From a virus (Duplodnaviria; Heunggongvirae; Uroviricota; Caudoviricetes), in IMG/VR virus record IMGVR_UViG_3300039008_000325, positions 1 to 49,371 of that record: a stretch of DNA of 49,371 bases; one strand, given 5' to 3'. The notes under the pieces were generated by a model, which was given only the letters and a program-made list of their open reading frames with translations, searched no databases and had not been told where the DNA came from. Below are positions 1 to 9,465 of this stretch, in pieces (position 1 is the stretch's first letter; each line of letters opens with the position of its first letter). The translations under genes were made by a program, and so were the position numbers.

Positions 1-291
1 TTACTTAGTTAACTCTATTAAATTACTTACTATAAAGTAAGCGTCATTTCCCATCCAATGAACCTTATCAGCTGATGTGAAAGGTATATTGTGAAAATGT
101 TCTTTAATGAATTTTAATTCTTCACCTGAAGCATATACACTAATTGATTGAAATATTTCTATAACATTCTCAGGTGTTATATCCCAATCATCTCTCCAAT
201 TTCTCATATCATCTTCAAACTTTTCCAAATTTTCTAAAAAATAATCTTCATTAAAATCAAATTTTTTATTATATATCCAAATATTCAACAT
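1..291 (-). CDS. hypothetical phage protein
   Basis: 96-aa ORF with GAGGAG SD and an upstream TTGTTT-N16-TATAAT promoter; no family recognised. Confidence 0.8.
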   Translation of the reverse strand: MLNIWIYNKKFDFNEDYFLENLEKFEDDMRNWRDDWDITPENVIEIFQSISVYASGEELKFIKEHFHNIPFTSADKVHWMGNDAYFIVSNLIELTK

Positions 292-316
292 TCAACGACT
301 CCTCTTTATTTGACTT

Positions 317-344
317 ATTATATCTTATATAAAAGGGTAAACAA
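317..344 (-). promoter_or_regulatory. sigma70-like promoter TTGTTT-N16-TATAAT
   Basis: Hexamers read at 344-339 and 322-317; preceded by TAAACTAATA. Confidence 0.6.
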
Positions 345-354
345 TATTAGTTTA

Positions 355-552
355 TTATCCACCCCAATCATATCCTGCTCCACCATCTTTATAGAATTGC
401 CAAAGACCACTTCCACGGTTATATAATTCATCTAATAGTATATCATATGATTGTTTATTTAGACTCCAATCTTGTAAAAAATTAACAATTTGAGATTCAC
501 TTAATTGATCTAAATCATATTCTCTACTATATATTCTTACAGTATTGTACAT
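355..552 (-). CDS. hypothetical protein
   Basis: 65-aa ORF tightly packed with its neighbours. Confidence 0.7.
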   Translation of the reverse strand: MYNTVRIYSREYDLDQLSESQIVNFLQDWSLNKQSYDILLDELYNRGSGLWQFYKDGGAGYDWGG

Positions 553-554
553 TT

Positions 555-1034
555 TTACATCTCCAAAAATCTATCTATTACATTTAAATTATCTAGGAAT
601 CTTTCAAACTCATTTTGTTCATTACCATTTTGCTGATAACAATCTTCACACATATAATAATTATTATATACATCAAAGAACTTTAATTTTTTACCACAAC
701 AAGGACAAACATCACATAGTAGTTCTGCAAAATAGTATTTGAATTTTTTTCTATCACTTGCAATACCTGTAGTAAATATACCATCTTCGCAATGATAGAT
801 ATTAAAACCATAATCATTATTAGGATCATTAAGAATATCTTCATATTCATAAGGGTTATCCCATGGATCAATTGATAGATTTAGCATTGATCTGTTATGA
901 GAATGAATCATATCAGACCAATGGTATGTTATATCTAAGAACTCAACCGTATCAATATTCATATGATTAATATCATTAACTCTTCTGAATATTGCACCTT
1001 CAGTTAGATCTATTTCAGTCCCCTCGATAGCCAT
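555..1034 (-). CDS. hypothetical protein with C-terminal CxxC...CxxC zinc finger
   Basis: VCPCCG...MCEDC motif. Confidence 0.75.
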   Translation of the reverse strand: MAIEGTEIDLTEGAIFRRVNDINHMNIDTVEFLDITYHWSDMIHSHNRSMLNLSIDPWDNPYEYEDILNDPNNDYGFNIYHCEDGIFTTGIASDRKKFKYYFAELLCDVCPCCGKKLKFFDVYNNYYMCEDCYQQNGNEQNEFERFLDNLNVIDRFLEM

Positions 1035-1801
1035 GTTTTAATCCTTTTAAATCTGCTTTGTTTTCTAGGTGAAAAACTATCTACAAATTGACCGTTTTGA
1101 TTAGTAGATATTGAATCATGATAAGCTTTAATTTCTTCCATACTAGCTTCAGGTACTTTAATCTTTCTTTCGATATCTTTACCTTCATCAGCCATTTTAG
1201 AAACCATTTTTTCTAAAGTTAGATCACAATATTCATCTTCCCAATCACCAATATAATAGAATCTATCTAATATATTTTTAGCTCTTGTTAGTTTTGAATT
1301 TTCAATAAATGCACCAAATAAAATAGGATCTTTATCTCTTCTACTTGCATTAATTTCTTTTTCTGTTTTACCTGTGTAATCAGTAAATACTACAAAGTAT
1401 TCATCAAATAGATTTTCTTTCTTTAAATCAATAACTTTATCAGCTATTTCATCAGGAATTTCTCTAGGATAATTCTTAAGTTCAACAATTTTAATTGTTT
1501 TCTTTTCTACCATTTCAATAAATTCTTCTATATCATCTCTATATACAAAAGTATTGACACCATGTTCTAGTAGTCTATGTTCTTTAGTAATTGTATTAAG
1601 AACGAATAAAAGTTTTTCAATAGATTTATCTTGACCTAAAGCAAAAGCTTTATCTAATAAAATCTTTGAATGTTTATATAACTCATTTAAGTAATCTGAA
1701 TCAGTTGTTTGTTTTAAACCTTTTAATTTATCAAAATACACAGATGGTGTAATTGTTTGTTTAATTAGATCAGAATCTAATTTATCTTTTTTCTTATCCA
1801 T
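1010..1801 (-). CDS. conserved-type hypothetical phage protein
   Basis: 263-aa ORF, strong SD GGAGGAGAGGG; no function assigned. Confidence 0.8.
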   Translation of the reverse strand: MDKKKDKLDSDLIKQTITPSVYFDKLKGLKQTTDSDYLNELYKHSKILLDKAFALGQDKSIEKLLFVLNTITKEHRLLEHGVNTFVYRDDIEEFIEMVEKKTIKIVELKNYPREIPDEIADKVIDLKKENLFDEYFVVFTDYTGKTEKEINASRRDKDPILFGAFIENSKLTRAKNILDRFYYIGDWEDEYCDLTLEKMVSKMADEGKDIERKIKVPEASMEEIKAYHDSISTNQNGQFVDSFSPRKQSRFKRIKTWLSRGLK

Positions 1802-1820
1802 TTCCCTCTCCTCCAGAAAT

Positions 1821-2117
1821 TTATAAACTACTACCTATTGCTTCATCTAAAGCTTTTAAATCATTAATTTCATCTTCAAGATCAGTTACTTCTCTTTCAA
1901 GATTTTCTATTTCATCTTGCAGTTTGTTGATTTCATCTTCTTTATCTTCAGATATTTCTTTCTTAGCTTCATCAATACAGTTTTCACAAGGCTCTACTTT
2001 AATTTGAAGATCACCCCAATTATCCAATTCAACTGTAGCTGAAATTGCATCCCCACATTCTTCACAAATGAATTCTAAGCTTTTAGTGTCTGAGAATTTT
2101 CTTTCATTATAACTCAT
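1821..2117 (-). CDS. zinc-ribbon plus coiled-coil protein
   Basis: CEEC...CENC followed by an acidic heptad repeat. Confidence 0.75.
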   Translation of the reverse strand: MSYNERKFSDTKSLEFICEECGDAISATVELDNWGDLQIKVEPCENCIDEAKKEISEDKEDEINKLQDEIENLEREVTDLEDEINDLKALDEAIGSSL

Positions 2118-2127
2118 TATAACTCTC

Positions 2128-2355
2128 CTACATATTTAATGCTGCTTTATAAGTTTCTAAAATTGCTTCTTCTTCAGCAACTTCATCTCTATCTTTCTTT
2201 CTAAGTGCAACGATTCTTTTTAATACTTTTGAATCAAAACCTGAACCTTTAGCTTCAATATAAATCTCTTTAATATCATTAGCAATTTCAGCTTTTTCTT
2301 CTTCTAATCTTTCAATTCTTTCTACTAATTGTAGTAATTGTTCGTTATTAATCAT
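2128..2355 (-). CDS. DUF2312 / GapR-like DNA-binding protein
   Basis: [47 protein letters not shown] closely follows the GapR/DUF2312 pattern. Confidence 0.9.
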   Translation of the reverse strand: MINNEQLLQLVERIERLEEEKAEIANDIKEIYIEAKGSGFDSKVLKRIVALRKKDRDEVAEEEAILETYKAALNM

Positions 2356-2365
2356 TATTTCTCTC

Positions 2366-2584
2366 CTACTTTATGACTTTATTATCAATATTATTACAAA
2401 GGTTGGCTGCAAAATAATCAATTCTATCTGCACTATATCCACTAACCTGTTGCTTCAATTTCAATTTATTTTCTTTAGATGATCTAAAATTGTCTATCAT
2501 TTCATTCATAGCAATTTTCTTATTTTCTAAATTTGTTTGTTTCCACACGTTTTGTGCAAAAGATTCTAAATTACCTAGTACCAT
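2366..2584 (-). CDS. hypothetical protein
   Basis: 72-aa ORF with GGAGGAG SD. Confidence 0.75.
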   Translation of the reverse strand: MVLGNLESFAQNVWKQTNLENKKIAMNEMIDNFRSSKENKLKLKQQVSGYSADRIDYFAANLCNNIDNKVIK

Positions 2585-2650
2585 ATTTGTTCTCCTCCGT
2601 TTGATAAAAATATGTTATATAATGTAATTTATTATTTCAATTTTAGTTTA

Positions 2651-3013
2651 TTATTTTTCCATAAGTTTTAATAAATTGTTTAGTTTGCTTTTATTAATAC
2701 TTAGGTCCATATTTAAATGTTCACCAATACTGTCATATATTACCGCTTCAGTATCACCTTTTAGATCCACTATAGATATGTACCATTTCCATGAAGAAGG
2801 GTAATCACAACTATCATCTAAATGAAGTTCAGATCTTGGAAAATACATTCGAACATCTTCTAACATCTTTTCCATTACTACTCTTCGTTTTTCTCTTTGT
2901 GATAGAATTTCTTCTTTAATTTTATTATTAAGTACTCTTTCAATTTCACTCTTTTTAGCTTCAACACCTTCAAGCTCTTTAGTTAACTCTTCTTTTATTT
3001 TATTTTTCATCAT
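2651..3013 (-). CDS. hypothetical protein
   Basis: 120-aa ORF with N-terminal coiled coil. Confidence 0.7.
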   Translation of the reverse strand: MMKNKIKEELTKELEGVEAKKSEIERVLNNKIKEEILSQREKRRVVMEKMLEDVRMYFPRSELHLDDSCDYPSSWKWYISIVDLKGDTEAVIYDSIGEHLNMDLSINKSKLNNLLKLMEK

Positions 3014-3070
3014 TTAAATTACTCCAATCATATGATTCTTCATTTTTTATTAGTTAGTAAACATAACATA

Positions 3071-3721
3071 TTACCACCAAGAACTATAAATAACTTTATA
3101 TTCTTTTTCAATTGCTGCTTTTGCTGCTTCAACAAACTCTAAATCATAAGATTTATGACCTAAGTTTCTTTGTTTTAACTCATCACTATCTAAATGTCCA
3201 TTTTCAAATAATGGAAGATTATCATTTTTAATTACATCTTCTAATGTATTTAAATCATCTAAAGATAGTTCTAAATCTACACAATTAAAGTCACCATGAT
3301 TTTTATCACTATTTTCAGATTTTGATAACCAAAGTTCCCCCATATATTTATGTAAACAATGGTGTTTTCTCCAATAAAAGTCTTCACTACAGTTTTCTTG
3401 AATATGAATTGTTTTGAATTTATAGAAATATTGACCAAAATCTTCTACATCATCATATTCTTTATATTTCAACCTTTCAGCTATAATGTAACTGTTTTCA
3501 AAAGTAAGTAAAACTTTTTCACCAACTTTTGGTTGTTTATAATCTCTATCTATAAAATGATAGAATTCACCTTTATTAAGTCTAGAATCTTTATCTAAAT
3601 GAGCATTCTCAATTCTATTTAAAAACCTATCAAATTCAAAGTATCCTCTATGATCCCTATATGTTAATTTTTTAGTATCATAATCTTTATGTTTAAAATA
3701 TGCATATTGATCTAATCCCAT
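3071..3721 (-). CDS. hypothetical phage protein (MGLDQY...YWRKH...YSSWW type)
   Basis: N-terminal MGLDQY, internal YWRKHH and C-terminal YSSWW are a common phage-protein pattern. Confidence 0.8.
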   Translation of the reverse strand: MGLDQYAYFKHKDYDTKKLTYRDHRGYFEFDRFLNRIENAHLDKDSRLNKGEFYHFIDRDYKQPKVGEKVLLTFENSYIIAERLKYKEYDDVEDFGQYFYKFKTIHIQENCSEDFYWRKHHCLHKYMGELWLSKSENSDKNHGDFNCVDLELSLDDLNTLEDVIKNDNLPLFENGHLDSDELKQRNLGHKSYDLEFVEAAKAAIEKEYKVIYSSWW

Positions 3722-3731
3722 TTTACCTCTC

Positions 3732-4883
3732 CTATTTAGTGAATCTCTCTTTTAATTTATTTTCAATTTCTTTCTTACTTCTATTAAAACATATTAATTG
3801 AAGTTCTGCAGGTTTAATTGAAAACTTACCTTTTAACCAACCTATATCAATATTCTTATAGAATATATTAAGATAAGCTTGCAATTCTTTTTTAGTTTTT
3901 ATCTCATCGAGTTTAATTTTTAAATCAACTCTACCCGGTCTTAATAGTGCATCATCTAACTTATTAATATAATTAGTTGTCATGAATACAATTTGACCGT
4001 GTGATGACATTGCACCATCTAATATATTTAATAATGTATGAAATTTGGAATCTACTTTTGTTTTATCTTTTCTGTTTATATTTTCAAACATTGAATCTAT
4101 ATCTTCAAATAAAATAATTTTATTATTGAAATCGTAATCCATAAATGCTTCATTTACGTTTTCACTATTAATAAATATAATATCTCGATTAAATTGAGAA
4201 GCAAGTGTGTGAATAAACGATGTTTTACCTGTTCCTGGAGGTCCATATAATAAGTAATTTCTTTTATATGATAAACCACAAGTATTATATTTATCTTCAT
4301 TATCTAAGAAATGTTTTAAATCACTCTCAATTAAATTATAATTATCAATATTATATAAAGAATGTTTATCACGTTTTTGCTTTTTCAAATGCTTATATTT
4401 AATAATATAGTTAATATAATCACTATCATCTTCTTCTAAATTACTAACAATTTTAATAAGATTCTCTTTAGCTTTATTTGAAAAACATATAACATCATAC
4501 CCATTAACAAATTGTAATTTATCTAATGTCTCATAATATTTAATACCATATAAATAACCATCTATTCTACAGAAACCATATGAATCTGTATTAGTTAAAA
4601 CTCTATTATCTTCACGATCTGATGTATTATGTACTTTTTCATTGTCTTTTTGTAGTTTAAAAGATTTATTAAACACTTTAAACTTATGCTTTAAAATTAA
4701 ATTTCTTAACAACATAACATCTTTATAATTAGTGAAACTATTTATATTAACTCTATAAATGAATCTATTACTTAAAAGACTTCTAATAAAATTTACAATA
4801 GATTTCAAATAAAATACTATTGATCCTGAAGCTGTCAATAGTATTGCTGTTTTTATTGTTTCAACGTTTAATAACTCTCCCAT
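3732..4883 (-). CDS. BCS1-like AAA+ ATPase with N-terminal hydrophobic anchor
   Basis: [16 protein letters not shown] Walker A, ILFEDID Walker B, LLNILDG, LRPGRVD arginine finger; hydrophobic N-terminus. Confidence 0.85.
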   Translation of the reverse strand: MGELLNVETIKTAILLTASGSIVFYLKSIVNFIRSLLSNRFIYRVNINSFTNYKDVMLLRNLILKHKFKVFNKSFKLQKDNEKVHNTSDREDNRVLTNTDSYGFCRIDGYLYGIKYYETLDKLQFVNGYDVICFSNKAKENLIKIVSNLEEDDSDYINYIIKYKHLKKQKRDKHSLYNIDNYNLIESDLKHFLDNEDKYNTCGLSYKRNYLLYGPPGTGKTSFIHTLASQFNRDIIFINSENVNEAFMDYDFNNKIILFEDIDSMFENINRKDKTKVDSKFHTLLNILDGAMSSHGQIVFMTTNYINKLDDALLRPGRVDLKIKLDEIKTKKELQAYLNIFYKNIDIGWLKGKFSIKPAELQLICFNRSKKEIENKLKERFTK

Positions 4884-4885
4884 AA

Positions 4886-5350
4886 TTAATCCTTTAAAAC
4901 TTCTTTTGATTTTACTGCTAGTTTATCAACGATTTCATTGTAATGATTTCCATTATGACCTCTAACCCAATTCCATTTTATATTATGAAGTGTATTGAAG
5001 TTATCTAATTCTATCCATAAATCTTTATTCTTTACTGGTTTAGAAACGTTAGTTTTCCATTCTTTAGTTACCCAACCATTTCTTTTCCAATTATGAATCC
5101 ATTCTTCAATACCTTTTTGAACATATTGCGAATCGGTAAATACTTCTATATCATATATAGGTTCCTTAATAACTCGAATAGTTTGAATAACAGCTTTCAT
5201 TTCCATTCTATTATTAGTTGTAGTATCTTCCGATCCACAAACTCTTTTCACAATTTTATCATTGTGAATAATAATACCAGCATAACCACCATTTCCATTT
5301 GGACTAGATGCACCATCTGTATATACTTGCAATTTAACTCTTTCAGACAT
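4886..5350 (-). CDS. rnhA: ribonuclease HI (bacterial type)
   Basis: [51 protein letters not shown]. Confidence 0.95.
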   Translation of the reverse strand: MSERVKLQVYTDGASSPNGNGGYAGIIIHNDKIVKRVCGSEDTTTNNRMEMKAVIQTIRVIKEPIYDIEVFTDSQYVQKGIEEWIHNWKRNGWVTKEWKTNVSKPVKNKDLWIELDNFNTLHNIKWNWVRGHNGNHYNEIVDKLAVKSKEVLKD

Positions 5351-5568
5351 TATGGTTTATTCCATTTCATAAAATATAGTTTATTACCATTGATAGATTT
5401 TCTTTCTCCGTAAGTACCATCTTCTAATATATCTTGTATAATAAAATCTTTTAATCTTTCTTCTACAATGATACATTTAGTAGTACCTTCTAATGAAGAC
5501 ACATAACTACCTACATTATAACCATCTTTCATGATATAAATTTCAGGATTACTTCTATCTTTTCTCAT
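5350..5568 (-). CDS. hypothetical protein
   Basis: 72-aa ORF coupled to rnhA by a TAATG overlap. Confidence 0.7.
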   Translation of the reverse strand: MRKDRSNPEIYIMKDGYNVGSYVSSLEGTTKCIIVEERLKDFIIQDILEDGTYGERKSINGNKLYFMKWNKP

Positions 5569-5569
5569 T

Positions 5570-6124
5570 TTAGCCCTCGTTTACGTTTCCAATAATTATC
5601 CATTCATCTGAACTTTGTAAGTCTTCACCCTCATAACCGAAACCTTCACCCTTCAACCAGAATAAAGGAAATCTATCAGTTGTTGATATATCTTCAATAG
5701 TTGATTCATAAACACATTCTAGATAGTAATCTGTTGATATTTTACAATCAAAAACAGAAGCAGAAATTATTTTTTTAACATCTTGTCTTTTATCTTCAAC
5801 TAAATGTTTGATATATTCAGTTTGTATTTCTTTAGGTAAACTTTCTATATCATTATATTCATTTTCTGTTATATCAACAAAATCTCTTTTTATTTTACGT
5901 AGTTTATCACCAGCATAAATAAGTTTTCCATTCTTATCTTTAATACCTAAACATTGTTCAACAGGAGTAAATCTAACACCTTGTGATTCTTGAGCTTCAA
6001 TATAAGTCCAGAAACCTGATATAAAGTTAAATTCATCACTATATCTATAAGAATTTGTGTTACAATTAAACACCCTAAATTTCATCATTTTATTCATTTC
6101 TCTCTCCATCATGAACATTTCCAA
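5570..6124 (-). CDS. YopX-family protein
   Basis: MKFRVF...EQCLGIKDKNGKLIYAGD...IIGNVNE. Confidence 0.85.
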   Translation of the reverse strand: MEMFMMEREMNKMMKFRVFNCNTNSYRYSDEFNFISGFWTYIEAQESQGVRFTPVEQCLGIKDKNGKLIYAGDKLRKIKRDFVDITENEYNDIESLPKEIQTEYIKHLVEDKRQDVKKIISASVFDCKISTDYYLECVYESTIEDISTTDRFPLFWLKGEGFGYEGEDLQSSDEWIIIGNVNEG

Positions 6125-6545
6125 CTATTTCTATATTATGTTTATTTTCAAAATGAAACCATACTAAAGAAGTTTCTCCAATGAACCAACCACCATCTTG
6201 CCAATTTACAATATAGCTACCAATTATTTCATCGTGATAATTAATTATATCATTTTCGTAAATAAATTTTCCATTCTTATCAGATAAACCTGTGCATTGT
6301 TCAACTTCAAAATTTTCCAAATATATAACACCTTGATCAACATCACCATATTGTTCTATAAATATGAAAAATTCATCATCTGTTAAAAATTCATCTAATT
6401 GTCTTTCTGCGTTATTCATATCAATAAATGGATCACCATATTCAGTTAATCCAACATGATATAAATAAAATTTTTTAATTATATCATCAGTACCATTATT
6501 ATATGTAAATTTAACGAATGTTCTAAACATCAATGTATTGTTCAT
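6090..6545 (-). CDS. YopX-family protein
   Basis: EQCTGLSDKNGKFIYENDII...IEIVGNVHD. Confidence 0.85.
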   Translation of the reverse strand: MNNTLMFRTFVKFTYNNGTDDIIKKFYLYHVGLTEYGDPFIDMNNAERQLDEFLTDDEFFIFIEQYGDVDQGVIYLENFEVEQCTGLSDKNGKFIYENDIINYHDEIIGSYIVNWQDGGWFIGETSLVWFHFENKHNIEIVGNVHDGERNE

Positions 6546-6549
6546 TTGT

Positions 6550-6774
6550 TTAATCCTCTTTTATATTATTTCTCACATTAATAAATGATTCGATTATATT
6601 ATAATAACTAGTTGTATATTCTTTTTCAATTTTGTCAAGAAATGTTTGCTTAGTTTTTTCATTAACTTTATCTAATTCATAATATTTACATATTTCATTT
6701 TGAATATCTTTTTCAACATTATAAAGAGTTAATTCACTTTTAAGTTTTTGTTTTTCTTCTTTTGTTAGTTTCAT
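6550..6774 (-). CDS. hypothetical protein
   Basis: 74-aa ORF with SD. Confidence 0.7.
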   Translation of the reverse strand: MKLTKEEKQKLKSELTLYNVEKDIQNEICKYYELDKVNEKTKQTFLDKIEKEYTTSYYNIIESFINVRNNIKED

Positions 6775-6783
6775 ATTAACTCC

Positions 6784-6978
6784 TTAAAACGGTATTTCAT
6801 CATCTTCATGTATGTAACGAGTTCTATATAATATTACATTATATTTACCTGGTTGAACTTCAATATCATCTGGTTTATCATACTCTTCAGTATAGTGAGT
6901 AGTTTCACTAATATGAACTGGTATGTTAGGATCACATTTTTCTAATTGTTTAATCAATTCTTTAACTGTAATAGTCAT
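6784..6978 (-). CDS. hypothetical protein
   Basis: MTITVKELIKQLEKCDPNIPV, a common small phage protein start. Confidence 0.75.
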   Translation of the reverse strand: MTITVKELIKQLEKCDPNIPVHISETTHYTEEYDKPDDIEVQPGKYNVILYRTRYIHEDDEIPF

Positions 6979-7133
6979 TATAATTCTCCTATATTAAAAT
7001 CTATTGTAATTGTTTGAACTTGCGGTTTAACTGTTACAGGTAATGTTAATGATCCATCTTGATTAATATATGGATCATTAACTTCATAATTACCTTGCTC
7101 AATAGCTAGTACTATTAAATCAAGATCACTCAT
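6978..7133 (-). CDS. small hypothetical protein (51 aa, not in ORF track)
   Basis: MSDLDLIVLAIEQGNYEVNDPYINQDGSLTLPVTVKPQVQTITIDFNIGEL; TAATG overlaps at both ends. Confidence 0.7.
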   Translation of the reverse strand: MSDLDLIVLAIEQGNYEVNDPYINQDGSLTLPVTVKPQVQTITIDFNIGEL

Positions 7134-8002
7134 TACGTTGCCCATTGATTTCCCCAAATTTCTAAATGTAATCTATCTGAGAATTTATAACCTTTCTTTA
7201 AACAAATATCAGCAATTAACTGTTTTGTTTTAACGAAATCTTCTCCATATGTTCCACCCATTGGCATTAAGTAAACCATATCAGGTGTAATATGTAATCC
7301 ATCATCAGCTTCACAATAATCAATAAATTCTTCTACTTCAGCTACATCTTCTTCATTTGAAACTACAAATTTAAAATAACCATTGAAACAACCTTCTATA
7401 ATACCATTGGTAAATTGTTCAATAATTTCTTGTCTCCAAGCTAATTTTCTTGAATTACCTGAACAAGCCATTTTAGGACTTATTGAATAAGTGATAAATA
7501 AATCACATTCAGAACTAATCTCAGGTTTAACAGTGCCATTTGTTTCAAAAGTTACGTTATTTAAATAATGTTTTTCATTTAAAATATTAATAACTTCTTC
7601 CCAAAATTTTTGATGTAATAGTGGTTCACCACCAGTAATTACTAAATGGATATTCTCCATACTATCACCAGGAATGGTATCTATGACGTCTTTAACTAAT
7701 TCCTCAGGAGATTTTTGCGGTGAAAGTTCAGCAAATTCAGGATAAATAGAAGGATAACTATCACAACCTGTTTTTACTAGTGGTAAATCTTTTATATCCT
7801 TTACAGGATTTTTCTTAAATTCTTCAATAATATCTTTAACTTCTGGATTTGTTTTATCTACTTCAAAACAACCTTTACAAAGTCCAAAACCTGGACATCT
7901 TAACGTGCAACCAAATGATCTTACAAATACAGATGGTGTTCCAGTAAATTCACCTTCACCTTGTAAACTGTAAAAACATTCTGATATTCTAACTTTATTC
8001 AT
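7133..8002 (-). CDS. queE: 7-carboxy-7-deazaguanine synthase (radical SAM)
   Basis: ISECFYSLQGEG..G.PSVFVR..GC...C, GCDS, LVITGGEPLL, TFETNG, SISPK, RLH..IWG. Confidence 0.93.
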   Translation of the reverse strand: MNKVRISECFYSLQGEGEFTGTPSVFVRSFGCTLRCPGFGLCKGCFEVDKTNPEVKDIIEEFKKNPVKDIKDLPLVKTGCDSYPSIYPEFAELSPQKSPEELVKDVIDTIPGDSMENIHLVITGGEPLLHQKFWEEVINILNEKHYLNNVTFETNGTVKPEISSECDLFITYSISPKMACSGNSRKLAWRQEIIEQFTNGIIEGCFNGYFKFVVSNEEDVAEVEEFIDYCEADDGLHITPDMVYLMPMGGTYGEDFVKTKQLIADICLKKGYKFSDRLHLEIWGNQWAT

Positions 8003-8061
8003 TCTTATCTCCTCTAATTTATCTCATTATACTACGTATCAATTAAATATACAATATTAGT

Positions 8062-8394
8062 TTATGACCAATAATCATTTATCTTTTCAGTTATTAAATT
8101 TTTAACTTTCATTAATTTATCAGCTTGTTCATCATTAAATAATTTCATATTTTCTACTTGTGAATAAATAGTGTTAATAGTATCACTTGTTAATTTTTCA
8201 ACAGCTACCATTAAATCATTGAAATTAAAATCAATGTTAGAATCTTCTGAAGACACTGTATGAGCACTATTGTATATATCATTTAATTCTTGATTAAGAT
8301 TATTAAAATTTATTATTTCCGAAACTGTTAATTTATTTTCTTTATTTGACATTCTATTTATCCCATGGAAACATAAACCATTCATCTGTTTCAC
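8062..8394 (-). CDS. hypothetical protein
   Basis: 110-aa ORF in track; true start may be internal (MSNKENK). Confidence 0.65.
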   Translation of the reverse strand: MKQMNGLCFHGINRMSNKENKLTVSEIINFNNLNQELNDIYNSAHTVSSEDSNIDFNFNDLMVAVEKLTSDTINTIYSQVENMKLFNDEQADKLMKVKNLITEKINDYWS

Positions 8395-8782
8395 TTCTTT
8401 TCATTAATTTACACATCAAACGTAAATCTAAAACGTTTGTAATTACTTCAGAATTACATATTAATGCAGCCCAATCAAATGTATAATTATGTAAAAATTT
8501 ATTTACTTCTCTATAAGTTTTACCACTATCAATTATATCTTCTACAATTAAACAACGTTTATCATTACTCACTTGTTCTTTAAAATGGTTATCATCATGA
8601 GATTTAAAATCTCTAAACGATATATTTAAAATTTTTAATGGTATTCCTAATTTATAACTTATCATAGTAGCTGGTATAACTCCACCTCTACTAATACCAA
8701 CAATATAATCATATTGTTTTCTATCATTCTTTATTGAATCACAAATATAATTAACATGTTTATCTAATTCTTTCCAATCCAT
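8354..8782 (-). CDS. type I phosphoribosyltransferase (xanthine/guanine PRT-like)
   Basis: IVGISRGGVIPA and PRPP-binding loop LIVEDIIDSGKT. Confidence 0.9.
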   Translation of the reverse strand: MDWKELDKHVNYICDSIKNDRKQYDYIVGISRGGVIPATMISYKLGIPLKILNISFRDFKSHDDNHFKEQVSNDKRCLIVEDIIDSGKTYREVNKFLHNYTFDWAALICNSEVITNVLDLRLMCKLMKRSETDEWFMFPWDK

Positions 8783-8802
8783 ATTTATCTCCTTATTAAT
8801 TG

Positions 8803-8830
8803 ATTATAACATTTTAATTATGTAAAACAA
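8803..8830 (-). promoter_or_regulatory. promoter TTGTTT-N16-TATAAT with TG extension
   Basis: Read directly upstream of the PRTase SD. Confidence 0.6.
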
Positions 8831-8844
8831 ATAATGTTTAAAAG

Positions 8845-8875
8845 GAAATGAGAGAAGATTTACCTCTCTCATTTC
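8845..8875 (-). terminator. intrinsic terminator after queD
   Basis: 11-bp inverted repeat GAAATGAGAGA/TCTCTCATTTC followed by CTTTT on the minus strand. Confidence 0.7.
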
Positions 8876-8910
8876 ACAATTGTCAGAAACTTAATTATTC
8901 AATATGGAAA

Positions 8911-9420
8911 CTATTCTTGCAATGCTGAAGAATAAATTACATCTTCATCATCCCACTTCAATAATTCTAAATCTTCAACAGTAGCTTCTGCATAACCTGT
9001 TGCTGTTTCATGAACCCTAACACATACACATTGTAATGTTTCATCTTCACCATTTTCAAATTTTGTATTCTCAATAATATCTCTGATATTTTTTAAGAAA
9101 AATATTGAATATGCTTCAGCTGATGGACTAAACGGTAATTCAATCCATCTTTCATTTTCTTCTTTCATAAATTTTCTAACACTATCCTTATCTTTATTCC
9201 AGAAATGAATAGAATGATCAAACTTATCAAGAAATGAGTTAACATTACCTTTCATAAGACCAAAGTCATACACCATAAAACCATTATCTAGTTTCTTTTT
9301 AGATTCTAGAAATACTTCTACAATATATGAGTGTCCATGAAATGATCTTGAACATCTAGTACTTGAGCAACCTCTTACAATATGAGCTGCTTCAAATTTA
9401 TATTGCTTTCTTATCTTCAT
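8911..9420 (-). CDS. queD: 6-carboxytetrahydropterin synthase
   Basis: KFEAAHIV..C...C..FHGHSY, MVYDFG, FDH, PSAE, VHETATGYA. Confidence 0.93.
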   Translation of the reverse strand: MKIRKQYKFEAAHIVRGCSSTRCSRSFHGHSYIVEVFLESKKKLDNGFMVYDFGLMKGNVNSFLDKFDHSIHFWNKDKDSVRKFMKEENERWIELPFSPSAEAYSIFFLKNIRDIIENTKFENGEDETLQCVCVRVHETATGYAEATVEDLELLKWDDEDVIYSSALQE

Positions 9421-9465
9421 AATTATTCCTTTTAATTGTTATTAGTTTAAAAATATGTTTATTTC

